Shown: in pieces, positions 1 to 9,310 of the stretch
Layout: each line of letters begins with the position of its first letter
Position numbering within the stretch: the stretch's first letter is position 1
Source: an uncultured Pseudomonadota bacterium
Lineage (GTDB): Bacteria > Pseudomonadota > Gammaproteobacteria > Steroidobacterales > Steroidobacteraceae
Assembly (NCBI GenBank): GCA_963832505.1
Contig: CAWHUD010000005.1
Span: forward strand, 68,215 to 132,214
Direction of reading: 5' to 3'
DNA: 64,000 nucleotides
Translations under genes and position numbers: made by a program
The notes under the pieces: generated by a model
The model's database searches: none
The model's input: only the letters and a program-made list of their open reading frames with translations
Told to the model about the DNA's origin: nothing

Positions 1-1
1 G

Positions 2-229
2 CGCCCTTTCACCTCAACGAGCCGCGCCGCGGACTCGAGGATGTGGATGTCGGAGCTGTCCCGCGCGGTGTCGCCGCATCGCGACCGCCAGCTGCGGCTT
101 ACGCTGATCAACGATCTCAAACTACTGTTCGCCGCGCTGGGCGCGGGTGGGAGCGTCGTGCCGCTCGGTGACAACGGCCGCACGGCGCGTCTCCTTTCGA
201 ATTACGCCGCCAGCCTGCGAGACCATTGA
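2..229 (+). CDS. C-terminal fragment of an unidentified protein (gene begins upstream of the window)
   Basis: Frame is open from the window edge to TGA 227-229 (...LINDLKLLFAALGAGGSVVPLGDNGRTARLLSNYAASLRDH*). No motif recognised. Confidence 0.25.
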   Translation, partial: RPFTSTSRAADSRMWMSELSRAVSPHRDRQLRLTLINDLKLLFAALGAGGSVVPLGDNGRTARLLSNYAASLRDH

Positions 230-398
230 AAAACCGGGGCGCGGCCCCGCGCCGCGCCCTGGCCGCCCGTTCATATGGATATAACCAAATGAGCTTGTTC
301 CGTAACCGGCGCGTTACCGGGTCGCGACTGACGGCATAACCCCGCCATCCCTACGCTCTCCTGGCCTTGTGGCACACAAGAATCCAGGAGAACGCAGA

Positions 399-1838
399 GT
401 GAATAACAGACGTGCAGCAGCCATCGCATCCCTCGCGCTGCTGCCCTTTTCGGGAGCGGCGCTCGCGCAACAGGCGCCAGGCGGTTCGGGCGATACCAAC
501 GCCGAACTGAAGCAGGAAATCGAGGACCAGAAACAGCGCCTCGCGGTGCTGGAACGCAAGCTGGAAATCCAGCAGGAAGCGGCCACCACGGCTGCCGCCA
601 GTGCGCCCCGCATCACGGCCAACGCCTCGCGCTTCCAGATCGGCAACACCGACAACTCGAACTTCATCCGCTTCCGCGGCACGCTGCACGTCGACAATCG
701 CGTCTTCGGCGGCGATTCGGTGGCGGAAACCGCCGACACCTTCATCCTGCGCCGCGTGCGCCCCACCTTCGAGGGCACTTTCGGCGGAATCTACGACTTC
801 AGCTTCACGCCGGACTTCGGCGGCGGCCGTTCCATCGTCGTCGACGCCTATGCGGCAGCGCGATTCAACCCGGGCTTCGTGGTCACGGCCGGCAAGTTCA
901 AACCGCCGGTCGGCCTCGAGCGCCTGCAGAGCGGCGCGGACATCCGCTTCATCGAGCGCGGGCTGCCGACCAACCTCGTGCCCAACCGCGATCTCGGCGT
1001 TCAATTCTCCGGCGACTTCGCGGGCGGCGCCTTCAGCTACCAGGTGGGTTATTTCAACGGCGTCAACGACGGTCAGAGCAGCGACAACCTGACGACGCCG
1101 GACGTGGAAGTTGACAGCGCCGGCGACTATGCCGCGCGGGTGTTCTTCCAGCCCTTCATCAACTCGGACAACTTCAACCTGCGCGGCCTGGGCTTCGGCC
1201 TCGGCAGCACCTGGGTGGACGTGGATGGAACCGCCGCCAACACCGCGCTGTCCGCCTACCGCTCACCGGGACAGCAGAGCGTATTCGCCTATCGCGCCAA
1301 TACCGCGACCGGCACGACGCCTAACAACGCGACATTCGCGGACGGCGAACGCCTGCGCCTGGCGCCGCAGTTCTACTACTACCGCGGCAGCTTCGGCGTG
1401 CTGGGCGAGTACACGCAGGTCGAACAGGACGTGTCGCGCGCCGTGGGCGGCACCACGCTGTCCGACACGCTGACGAACTCCGCCTGGCAGGTGCAGCTCT
1501 CGTGGTTCGCGAGCGGCGAAGAAGAAGCCTTCCGCGGCTTCACGCCCGGCAGCACCTGGCAGCCCGGCAAGCCCGGCCTGGGTGCGTTCGAATTCGTGGC
1601 CCGCTACCACGAGCTCGACGTGGACGATGACGCGTTCACGGGCGGAGCCAACTCGTTTGCGAATCCGCTGACGGCGGTCACCAAGGAGACCGCTTATGGC
1701 GTGGGCGTCAACTGGTACCCGTGGAACACGGTGAAACTCTCGCTCAACTACGAATTGACCAGCTTCGAAGGCGGAGCTGCTACTGGTGATCGCCCCGACG
1801 AACAGGCGCTGTTCTCGCGTTTCGCGATCAACTACTGA
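399..1838 (+). CDS. OprO/OprP-family (phosphate-selective porin O/P) outer-membrane anion porin
   Basis: Track ORF 369-1838. The likely start is the in-frame GTG 399, preceded by AGGAG at 386-390. Signal peptide AAIASLALLPFSGAALAQQ. N-terminal coiled coil ELKQEIEDQKQRLAVLERKLEIQQ as in OprO/OprP. Barrel-like body with an aromatic C-terminus (..FAINY). Intact. Confidence 0.8.
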   Translation: MNNRRAAAIASLALLPFSGAALAQQAPGGSGDTNAELKQEIEDQKQRLAVLERKLEIQQEAATTAAASAPRITANASRFQIGNTDNSNFIRFRGTLHVDNRVFGGDSVAETADTFILRRVRPTFEGTFGGIYDFSFTPDFGGGRSIVVDAYAAARFNPGFVVTAGKFKPPVGLERLQSGADIRFIERGLPTNLVPNRDLGVQFSGDFAGGAFSYQVGYFNGVNDGQSSDNLTTPDVEVDSAGDYAARVFFQPFINSDNFNLRGLGFGLGSTWVDVDGTAANTALSAYRSPGQQSVFAYRANTATGTTPNNATFADGERLRLAPQFYYYRGSFGVLGEYTQVEQDVSRAVGGTTLSDTLTNSAWQVQLSWFASGEEEAFRGFTPGSTWQPGKPGLGAFEFVARYHELDVDDDAFTGGANSFANPLTAVTKETAYGVGVNWYPWNTVKLSLNYELTSFEGGAATGDRPDEQALFSRFAINY

Positions 1839-1858
1839 CAGGAATTGGAGCAATACAA

Positions 1859-2880
1859 ATGAAACAACCGAACTGGAAACGCCGACTGCTGCTCGCCATG
1901 GCGAGCGCAGTTTTCATCGGCGGTACTGCCGGGGTTGCGCAGGCGGCCGAAGTCACGCTGCTCAACGTGTCGTACGACCCGACGCGCGAGCTGTACGTCG
2001 GATTTCAACAAGTCATTCGCCGAGTACTGGAAGAAGAAGACCGGCGACACGGTGACCATCAGGCAATCGCACGGCGGCTCGGGCCGCCAGGCGCGCTCGG
2101 TCATCGACGGGCTTGGCGGCCGATGTGGTCACGCTGGCGCTGGCCGGCGACATCGACCAGATCGCCGCGCAGGGCAAATTGCTGCCGGTAAACTGGGAGC
2201 AGCGCCTGCCCGATCATTCGGCGCCTTACACATCGACCATCGTTTTTCTGGTTCGCAAGGGCAACCCCAAGAAGATCAAGGACTGGGGCGATCTCGCGCG
2301 CCCGGGCATCAGCGTCGTGACGCCGAACCCGAAGACCTCGGGTGGCGCGCGCTGGAACTATCTCGCGGGCTGGGCCTGGGCGAAGAAGCAACCCGGCGGC
2401 AGCGATGAAACGGCGAAGGAATATATCCGCAAGCTGTTCAAGAACGTGCCGGTGCTGGACACGGGAGCACGCGGCGCACTGACCACCTTTGCCCAACGCA
2501 ACATCGGCGACGTGTTCATTTCCTGGGAGAACGAAGCCTGGCTCGCCACCCGCGAACTCGGTCCCGACAAGTTCGAAATCGTGATCCCGTCGATCAGCAT
2601 CCTCGCCGAACCCTCGGTAGCGGTGGTCGACAAGGTGGTCCTGCGGCGCGGCACCCGCACCGTCGCCGAGGAATACCTCAAGTACCTGTACACGCCCGAA
2701 GGCCAGGAAATCGCCGCGCGCAACTACTACCGGCCGCGCAATCCCGAGGTCGCCGCGAAACACCAGGAGCTGTTCCCGAAACTGGAGCTGGTCACCATCA
2801 AGGACTTCGGTGGCTGGTCGAAGGCGCAGAAGGAACACTTCGGCGATGGCGGCGTGTTCGACCAGATCTATGCCCAGTGA
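1859..2880 (+). pseudogene. sbp: periplasmic sulfate/thiosulfate-binding protein (Sbp/CysP family); two frame changes as assembled
   Basis: ORF pieces 1859-2191, 1935-2408 and 2113-2880 concatenate to a full Sbp. Order: signal peptide, [13 protein letters not shown] / [37 protein letters not shown] / [13 protein letters not shown]...[21 protein letters not shown]. Collinear with E. coli Sbp. Frame changes near 1995 and 2110. Confidence 0.85.
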
Positions 2881-2961
2881 GCCGTGTCAATACGGAATGG
2901 GCTGAGCACGAATAGTTAGTTCCAGGTGCGGCAGGATGCCGCGTAATGTTCACCCGGGCCG

Positions 2962-3023
2962 CGGGGGCTGTGAGCGAGATGAACTAGTTGACCCCCTCGA
3001 CGAATTCACTCTCACAGCCCCCG
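2962..3023. repeat. 13-bp perfect inverted repeat (CGGGGGCTGTGAG ... CTCACAGCCCCCG) with a 36-nt spacer, between sbp and the cysB-like gene
   Basis: Arms at 2962-2974 and 3011-3023 are exact reverse complements. Function (terminator, operator or REP-like element) cannot be decided from sequence. Confidence 0.6.
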
Positions 3024-3049
3024 CAGGCCCACCAATGGACTCGCATCAC

Positions 3050-4028
3050 ATGAAGCTCACACAGCTGCGCTACCTCGTGGCTGTCGCCGAGAACGACCTG
3101 AACATCTCGCAGGCAGCGCGCGTGCTGCACGCCGCGCAGCCCGGAGTCAGCAAGCAGCTCAAGCAGCTCGAAGACGAGCTGGGATTCGCACTGTTCGAAC
3201 GCAAGGGACGCGCGCTGGTTCGCCCGACGGATGCCGGCAACAAGGTCATCGATCGCGCCGTCCAGATCGTTCGTCAGGCGCGCAACATCAAGAATGCTGG
3301 CCGCTGATCTGCGCAAGGACGACGCGGGTGAGTTCTCGATAGCGACCACGCACACGCAGGCGCGTTACGTGCTGCCGCAGGTTCTGAAGAAATTTCGCGA
3401 CCAGTACCCGAAGGTGCGCCTGCACCTGCACCAGGGCAATTCCGAGCAGATCGCCGAGCTCGCGGCCACCGATCGCATCGATCTCGCCATCGCCACGGGC
3501 GCGAGCCCGACTTTCGCCGGCCTGGTGCGCCTGCCCTGCTATCGCTGGCACCGCTGCATCATCGTCCCGCATGGACATCCGCTCGGCGAGACGCCGCGCC
3601 CCGGCTTCGCCGACCTCGCCAAATTCCCGCTGGTGACCTATTCGTTCAGCTTCTCGGGTCCGTCATCGCTGCTCGAGTTGTTTGCCCGGGAAGGTCACAC
3701 GCCCAACGTGGCGCTCACGGCCTGGGATTCCGACGTCATCAAGAAATACGTGCGCGACGGCCTCGGCGTGGGAATCCTCGCCAACATCGCCATCAACGGC
3801 GAGGAGGACGGGGATCTCAAGGTGCGCGACGCGTCCCACCTCTTCCCGGTTCACACCACCTGGGCAGGATTCCGGCGCCGGGCGTTGTTGCGCGGCTTCA
3901 TGTACGACTTCCTGGAAATGCTGGCGCCGCACCTTACACGCCGGCTGGTGCAATCCGCCGAGAACACCGACTCGCAGGACGATGTCGATCGCGAGTTCGC
4001 GGGCGTCAGGATTCCTTTCCTGAGGTAG
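3050..4028 (+). pseudogene. cysB: CysB/Cbl-type LysR-family transcriptional regulator; one frame change as assembled
   Basis: wHTH MKLTQLRYLVAVAENDLNISQAARVLHAAQPGVSKQLKQLEDELG, then FSIATTHTQARYVLPQVLKKFRDQYPKVRLHLHQGNSEQI... Collinear with E. coli CysB over its full length. An extra base near 3296 splits it into ORFs 2936-3307 and 3231-4028. Confidence 0.8.
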
Positions 4029-4988
4029 CGGCCGCGGCTTCAGCCGGAACGTGGTCGACTTCGACCGTGATGTGGGCCAGCTCCTCGTGCACGGCCAATG
4101 CACGCCGGAAGTAATCTCCGTCCTCCTGCGAAGGTGTCGTGAGACTCACCACGCAGGCGTACTTGGCGCGCCCGACGCGCCACACGTGCAGATCCGTGAT
4201 ACGCGCCGGCACCTTGCCCTGCTCGATGACCTCGCGCACCTCGCGAACCACCGGCGCGTCCATTTCTGCGTCGAGCAGCACGCGACCCGAGTCTCGCAGC
4301 AGCCCCTGCGCCCAGACGGCAACCAGGACCGCGCCGGCGATGCCCATGGCGGGATCGAGCCATGCCAGGCCCCAGAGCTTGCCGCCGGTGAGCGCGATGA
4401 TGGCCAGCACCGAGGTGGCGGCATCGGCCAGCACGTGCAGGTAGGCGGAGCGCACGTTGAGGTCATGGTGATGCGCATGCGCTTCGTGGGCAGTCATTTT
4501 CATTGGTCATGATCGTGTCCGTGATGATGACCACGCAGCCACCAGGCACAGACGAGGTTGACGGCAAGCCCCACCGCCGCAATCAAGATGGCTTCGTCGT
4601 AGTGGATCTGCTGCGGACTCACCAGCCGCTCCACCGACTGGTAAAACATGAGGAGCACGATGCCGAGCAGCAGCATCGCGCTGGTGTAACTGCCCAGCAC
4701 TTCTATTTTCCAGGTGCCGAAAGCATAGCGACGATTTCCCGCATGGCGCCTTGCGAAGGCATACGCGAACGCCGCGAGACCGAGGGCCAGTGCGTGTGAG
4801 CTCATATGCCAGCCATCGGCGAGCACTGCCATGGAGTTGAACCACCAGCCACCCGCGATCTCCACGATCATCATTGCCGTGGTCAGCCAGAAGGCCCGGC
4901 GGATATTCGCCTCGGCGAGCGGATTGCCGCTGTCGAAGCGCGGCGCGTGACAATGCGGCAATGCCTGTTCGGAACTCATGTGGGGCAT
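4006..4988 (-). pseudogene. cation diffusion facilitator metal-efflux transporter (DmeF/CzcD-like), split in the His-rich loop
   Basis: ORF 4500-4988 carries TM1-4 (MMIVEIAGGWWFNSMAVLADGWHMSSH, FGTWKIEVLG) and ends HHHGHDHDQ*. ORF 4006-4503 starts MKMTAHEAHAHHHDLNVRSAYLHVLADAATS and carries TM5-6 plus the cytoplasmic domain. The halves meet at ATGA (4500-4503) in different frames. Confidence 0.75.
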
Positions 4989-5046
4989 ATACCGCGCCGG
5001 CGCGCGCTCATGCCAGTGCCGGTTGCGCGTGCCGTGACACGCGGCG

Positions 5047-6486
5047 CTACAGCGGCTGCAGTTTCACCCCGATGGCGGCGCGCAACGTCGCGATGTCCTG
5101 CACCGTGCCGTGCAAGGGCATGACGCGCTCCACGGCGAGATCCAGGCGCAGGATATTCTCGTAGAGATTGCTCCAGAGTGGATTCACGCGCGGCGGCGGC
5201 TTCGCCCCGGGCGGGGTCGGCGTCCACGCATCCGCCTCGACCAGCAGTTTTTGTTCTGGAAGCCAGGCCATGGCGAATGCGTCGTTGTGCCCGCTGCCGC
5301 GGATGACATGCAGCTCGATGGGCCGGGCAGCGTCCGTCAGCAGTAGTTTGTCGGTGAACGTCTCGAAGTGCGGTGACTTCCAGTCCCTGGCGAGCCGATC
5401 CGGATTGAGAGTGTGCGGCCGCTGCCAGACCTTTCCGTAATACGCCGCATTGCGTTCATGCGTGATCACCGGCACGCCGGCCGCGACGAAAGTGCGCAGC
5501 CCTCCGGCATGATCGAAATGTGCGTGCGTGTTGAACACCGCGCGAATCTTTCGGGCGCCGAAGCGCTTGCGGATTTCTTCGAGGATGGCGATCGAACGTT
5601 CCTCGTTGTGCGGCGCCTCGATGACCACCAGGCCGGCCTGCTGCTCGACGACCACGCTGTTGTGCGTGCCACCGCCAAAATTCCACACGCCCGGCGCAAG
5701 CTCCGTCACCTCGACGCGCTTGTTGTCCGGCGCGGGATTGGCGGCGACTTCGGCCGGAATCGCAAGAGGGGTGGCCACATTGATGCGCACGGCAGTGACC
5801 CACAGGTTGTACCAGAGCAGTCCCCCGACGGCGCGGCGAATGATGGTCGGGAAGCGAACGCCATCGAAATCGCGATACTCGTCGTAGTAGAACTCGATCT
5901 CGGTGTCGCCGAGCACGGGCGAATCCATCCAGGTGCGCACCCTGCGTGGCGCGCCTTGTTTGTCCAGGCTGCCGTCATAGTGATACTGCCCCACCTGGAA
6001 TTCGACGCGGTGACCCAACTGATCGGGACTCACTTTCGCGCCGTGTGCCAGCGCCGCCTTGATGAAACCCTGCGGCGATGCCCAGAGCTCGGCATTGCGT
6101 TCCGCGAGATTGGTCGGGATTGCGGTCGGCTGCGGCGTGAGATTCCAGCTCACGCCGTTGACGGCGTACTGGTCCATGGTGGCTTCGGCGTGCGGCCGCG
6201 CGCGCCCCGGCTCCTGCACCTGCACGCGGTGATACTTCGCATGCACGGCGCTGCGCGCGTAGTCGAGCGTGGCGATGTAATCCTCCACTTCGAAGGGCGG
6301 CCATGGCAGGTCAGGAGCCGGTGCCTGGGTGAACTGGTAGTACGTGCCATTGGCCTGGTACTGCAGGCTGTCGACATGCTCGATCCCGAGCGCCTGCGCG
6401 GCGCGTTCCAGCACCGCATCCGCCGCGTGGGTTGCACTGCATAACGCAAGGGCCGCGGCGGCGGCGATCCGGCGCCCGCGCGTCAT
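5047..6486 (-). CDS. exported MBL-fold metallo-hydrolase (about 230-aa N-terminal domain plus metallo-beta-lactamase domain)
   Basis: Intact 479-aa ORF. Signal peptide MTRGRRIAAAAALALCSATHAADA. HxHxDH motif THAHFDHAGG. The ATG overlaps the stop of the upstream oxidoreductase (ATGA, 6483-6486). Confidence 0.8.
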   Translation of the reverse strand: MTRGRRIAAAAALALCSATHAADAVLERAAQALGIEHVDSLQYQANGTYYQFTQAPAPDLPWPPFEVEDYIATLDYARSAVHAKYHRVQVQEPGRARPHAEATMDQYAVNGVSWNLTPQPTAIPTNLAERNAELWASPQGFIKAALAHGAKVSPDQLGHRVEFQVGQYHYDGSLDKQGAPRRVRTWMDSPVLGDTEIEFYYDEYRDFDGVRFPTIIRRAVGGLLWYNLWVTAVRINVATPLAIPAEVAANPAPDNKRVEVTELAPGVWNFGGGTHNSVVVEQQAGLVVIEAPHNEERSIAILEEIRKRFGARKIRAVFNTHAHFDHAGGLRTFVAAGVPVITHERNAAYYGKVWQRPHTLNPDRLARDWKSPHFETFTDKLLLTDAARPIELHVIRGSGHNDAFAMAWLPEQKLLVEADAWTPTPPGAKPPPRVNPLWSNLYENILRLDLAVERVMPLHGTVQDIATLRAAIGVKLQPL

Positions 6487-7475
6487 TGATGCTTCATGGT
6501 CGGGCCCGGGGACACCTGGATGATGAGCTTGCCGCGCGCGTGACCCTCACGGCTCTTCTCCCAGGCCTTTCCGGCCTGCTCCATCGGGAACACGCTGTCT
6601 ACGATCACCTTGAACTTGCCGGCATCGGCCAGTTCCACCACGCGCGCCAGCATTTCCGCGTTCGACGCGCCGCTGTCGCGAATGGGCATGCCGCAGCGGA
6701 TTTTCGCCACACCGCACATGATCTGGTCGGGCATTCCGACGATTGATACCAGCATGCCGCCTTCCCGCACCACGCCGATCGAACGGTCATTGGTTTCCTT
6801 GTTCGCGGTGTTGAGCACCAGGTCGACATTCTTCACGACCTCCTCGAATTTCTGTGCGCGGTAGTCGATGGCCTGGTCGGCGCCGATGGACTTCAGGAAC
6901 TCGAGGTTGTTAGCGGACGCCGTGCCGATGACATGTGCGCCGGCGGCCCTGGCTATCTGCACGGCGGCCGAGCCCACGCCTCCCGCCGCGCCATGGATCA
7001 GCACGGTCTGGCCGGGTTTCACACCACCCACCTCGTGCAAGGCGCGGTAGGCAGTTTCCGCCGCGATGGGCACGCCGGCCGCTTCTTCGAAGGTCATGGA
7101 CTTGGGCTTGCGCGCCAGACTGTCGACCGCCACGACCGCGTACTCGGCATAACTGCCGCTCTGGCGTGCGAACCCGAGCACCTGGTCGCCCACCTTCCAT
7201 CCGGTGACACCGTCGCCCAGCGTGTCGATGACGCCGGACACATCCGTGCCCGCGACCTGACCGACCCGTCGCGCCGCGATCTTCCAGTCCACCGGATTCA
7301 CGCCCGCGGAACGCACCTTGATGAGCACTTCACCCGCGCCCGGCTTCGGCACCGGCATTTCCCGGACGCTGAGTGTGCCGCCCTCGCCCACCTGCACGCC
7401 TTTCATTCTCTCCGGCGCCGCCTGGGCCGCCACACTCGCGCACAGCAGAACCGCACCGATCCGGGAAAAACGCAT
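6483..7475 (-). CDS. MDR-superfamily NAD(P)H:quinone oxidoreductase / zinc-type alcohol dehydrogenase-like protein with a signal-peptide-like N-terminus
   Basis: ATG 7475 has AAGGAG 5 nt upstream. N-terminus MRFSRIGAVLLCASVAAQA|AP. MDR motifs GEVLIKVRSAGVNPVDWK and Rossmann GAAGGVGSAAVQIA. The part of track ORF 6483-7952 upstream of 7475 runs antisense to the sbp paralogue and is rejected. Confidence 0.8.
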   Translation of the reverse strand: MRFSRIGAVLLCASVAAQAAPERMKGVQVGEGGTLSVREMPVPKPGAGEVLIKVRSAGVNPVDWKIAARRVGQVAGTDVSGVIDTLGDGVTGWKVGDQVLGFARQSGSYAEYAVVAVDSLARKPKSMTFEEAAGVPIAAETAYRALHEVGGVKPGQTVLIHGAAGGVGSAAVQIARAAGAHVIGTASANNLEFLKSIGADQAIDYRAQKFEEVVKNVDLVLNTANKETNDRSIGVVREGGMLVSIVGMPDQIMCGVAKIRCGMPIRDSGASNAEMLARVVELADAGKFKVIVDSVFPMEQAGKAWEKSREGHARGKLIIQVSPGPTMKHQ

Positions 7476-7607
7476 GTGTACTCCTTGACGGCATGTTTGA
7501 CGGGCTGCCCCATTGGCGCCGGGCGGCCAACATTTCACACGGCACCGGATTCGTAAAGCTGAGCTGAACTGATAGTCTCGGCGACCCATGGCGCCCGGAT
7601 CCCGCGA

Positions 7608-8625
7608 ATGCTGAAGACCCGCTTCGGACTGATGTTTGCGCTTGCCACGCTGACACTTGGCGGCTGCAGCAAAGGGCCGGAAAGTGAAGTGGTACTGCTC
7701 AATGTGTCTTACGACCCGACACGCGAGCTGTACGAAGACATCAATGCCGCCTTTGCCGCGCATTGGCAGAAGACCAGCGGCCAAAGCGTGCGTATCAAGC
7801 CAGTCACATGGCGGCTCCGGTCGCCAGGCGCGCGCCGTCATCGACGGCTTGCCGGCGGACGTGGTGACGCTGGCGCTCGCCGGCGATATCGATGCCATCG
7901 CCGAGAAGGGCAAGATGCTGCCGCTCAACTGGGAAGAACGGCTGCCGGACAACAGCGCGCCTTACTACTCGACCATCGTGTTCCTGGTGCGCGCCGGGAA
8001 TCCGAAGAACATCCGCGACTGGGGCGACCTGGCGCGCGACGACGTGGCAGTGGTGACGCCGAATCCCAAGACCTCGGGCGGTGCACGCTGGAACTACCTG
8101 GCTGCCTGGGCCTGGGCAGAACGCCAGCCTGGCGGCAACGAGGAAAGCGCACGCGCCTTCGTCCAGAAGCTGTACCAGAACGTGCCCGTACTCGACACCG
8201 GCGCACGCGGCGCGTTGACCACCTTCGCGCAACGCGAGATTGGCGACGTCGCCATTTCCTGGGAGAACGAGGCGCACCTGGCGCTGCGCGAGCTGGGCGC
8301 CGGCAAGATCGCCATCGTCGTGCCGTCGATCAGCGTGCTCGCCGAACCTTCGGTGGCCGTGGTCGACAAGGTGGTGCTGCGTCGCGGTACACGTGCGGTG
8401 GCGCAGGCCTATCTCGAGTTCCTGTATACGCCCGAAGCCCAGGAAATCGCCGCGAAGAACTATTACCGGCCGCGCAATCCGGATGTCGCGGCGAAATATT
8501 CCGCGCAGTTCGACGCCATCGAACTGGTCGGCATCGATCATTTTGGTGGCTGGAAGCTCGCGCAGAAAACCCACTTCGCCACCGGCGGCATCTTCGACCA
8601 GATCACGGCCGCCACGAATCGCTGA
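7608..8625 (+). pseudogene. cysP: lipoprotein-type sulfate/thiosulfate-binding protein (Sbp/CysP family paralogue); one frame change as assembled
   Basis: Lipobox [44 protein letters not shown], then an extra C at about 7800, then [31 protein letters not shown]...[21 protein letters not shown]. Clearly paralogous to 1859-2880. The sbp versus cysP assignment is not resolvable by eye. Confidence 0.85.
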
Positions 8626-8632
8626 CGAGGCG

Positions 8633-9310
8633 CTACTCGACCACCAGCTTGTAACCCGCAGGCGGAGCGGTCTGCAGCAGCTGCGGTACGGCCGGATTTG
8701 CCTCGATCTTGTGACGCAACCGATGCACCAGCTGCTTGAGCAGCTGCCGGTCGCCCGAGCCACGATGTCCCCACACCTGCACCAGCAGGCGGTCCGAATT
8801 CACGGTGCGGCCGGCCTGCGCCAGCAGCATCTGCAACAGCCGCAATTCGAGCTTGGTGAGACTGATGGGCTGGCCACCGCCGATGCGCACCGTGTAGTTC
8901 TCGATGTCCAGGGTCACGCGACCCGCGGACAGCGGCGCGTGGCTGCGATCCGTGCTGGCCCGCCGCAACAGCGCCTTGACGCGGGCCAGCAGCGTCTTCG
9001 GACTGAACGGCTTGGTGAGATAGTCGTCCGCGCCGAGCTCGAGCGCCTTGACCAGGTCCTGTTCTTCGCCGCGCGCCGTCAGCATCATCACCGGCACGTC
9101 GCCACGCGCACGGATGGCCGTGCATACCTCGAACCCGGAGGCTCCCGGCATGTTGATGTCGAGGATCACCAGGTCCGGCGATTCGGCATCGAAGGTCGCG
9201 AGGGCACTCGGGCCGTCACTGGCCTTGACCACGAGATAACCGGCCTGGCCCAGCGAATAGGCGACCAGTCCCAACAAATCGAGATCGTCGTCCGCGACCA
9301 GGATCTTCAT
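8633..9310 (-). CDS. OmpR/PhoB-family response regulator
   Basis: Receiver [48 protein letters not shown], then a winged helix ([27 protein letters not shown]). ATG 9310 overlaps the kinase stop (ATGA 9307-9310). The track ORF extends spuriously to 9538. Confidence 0.9.
   Translation of the reverse strand: MKILVADDDLDLLGLVAYSLGQAGYLVVKASDGPSALATFDAESPDLVILDINMPGASGFEVCTAIRARGDVPVMMLTARGEEQDLVKALELGADDYLTKPFSPKTLLARVKALLRRASTDRSHAPLSAGRVTLDIENYTVRIGGGQPISLTKLELRLLQMLLAQAGRTVNSDRLLVQVWGHRGSGDRQLLKQLVHRLRHKIEANPAVPQLLQTAPPAGYKLVVE

Noticed and set aside
229-249. Short GC hairpin CGGGGC-GCG-GCCCCG preceded by AAAAA after the first partial ORF
   Set aside because: It has a 6-bp stem with a 3-nt loop and no downstream T-run on the plus strand. 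It is too weak to call a terminator.
4500-4502. TGA between the two CDF halves as possible selenocysteine or programmed read-through
   Set aside because: The downstream half is in a different frame, so read-through would not reconstitute the protein. No SECIS-like hairpin was noticed.
7476-7952. N-terminal 158 codons of the 489-aa track ORF 6483-7952 (minus strand)
   Set aside because: The extension runs antisense through the promoter and 5' end of the sbp paralogue and has no family similarity. The oxidoreductase has its own ATG at 7475 with a perfect AAGGAG Shine-Dalgarno.
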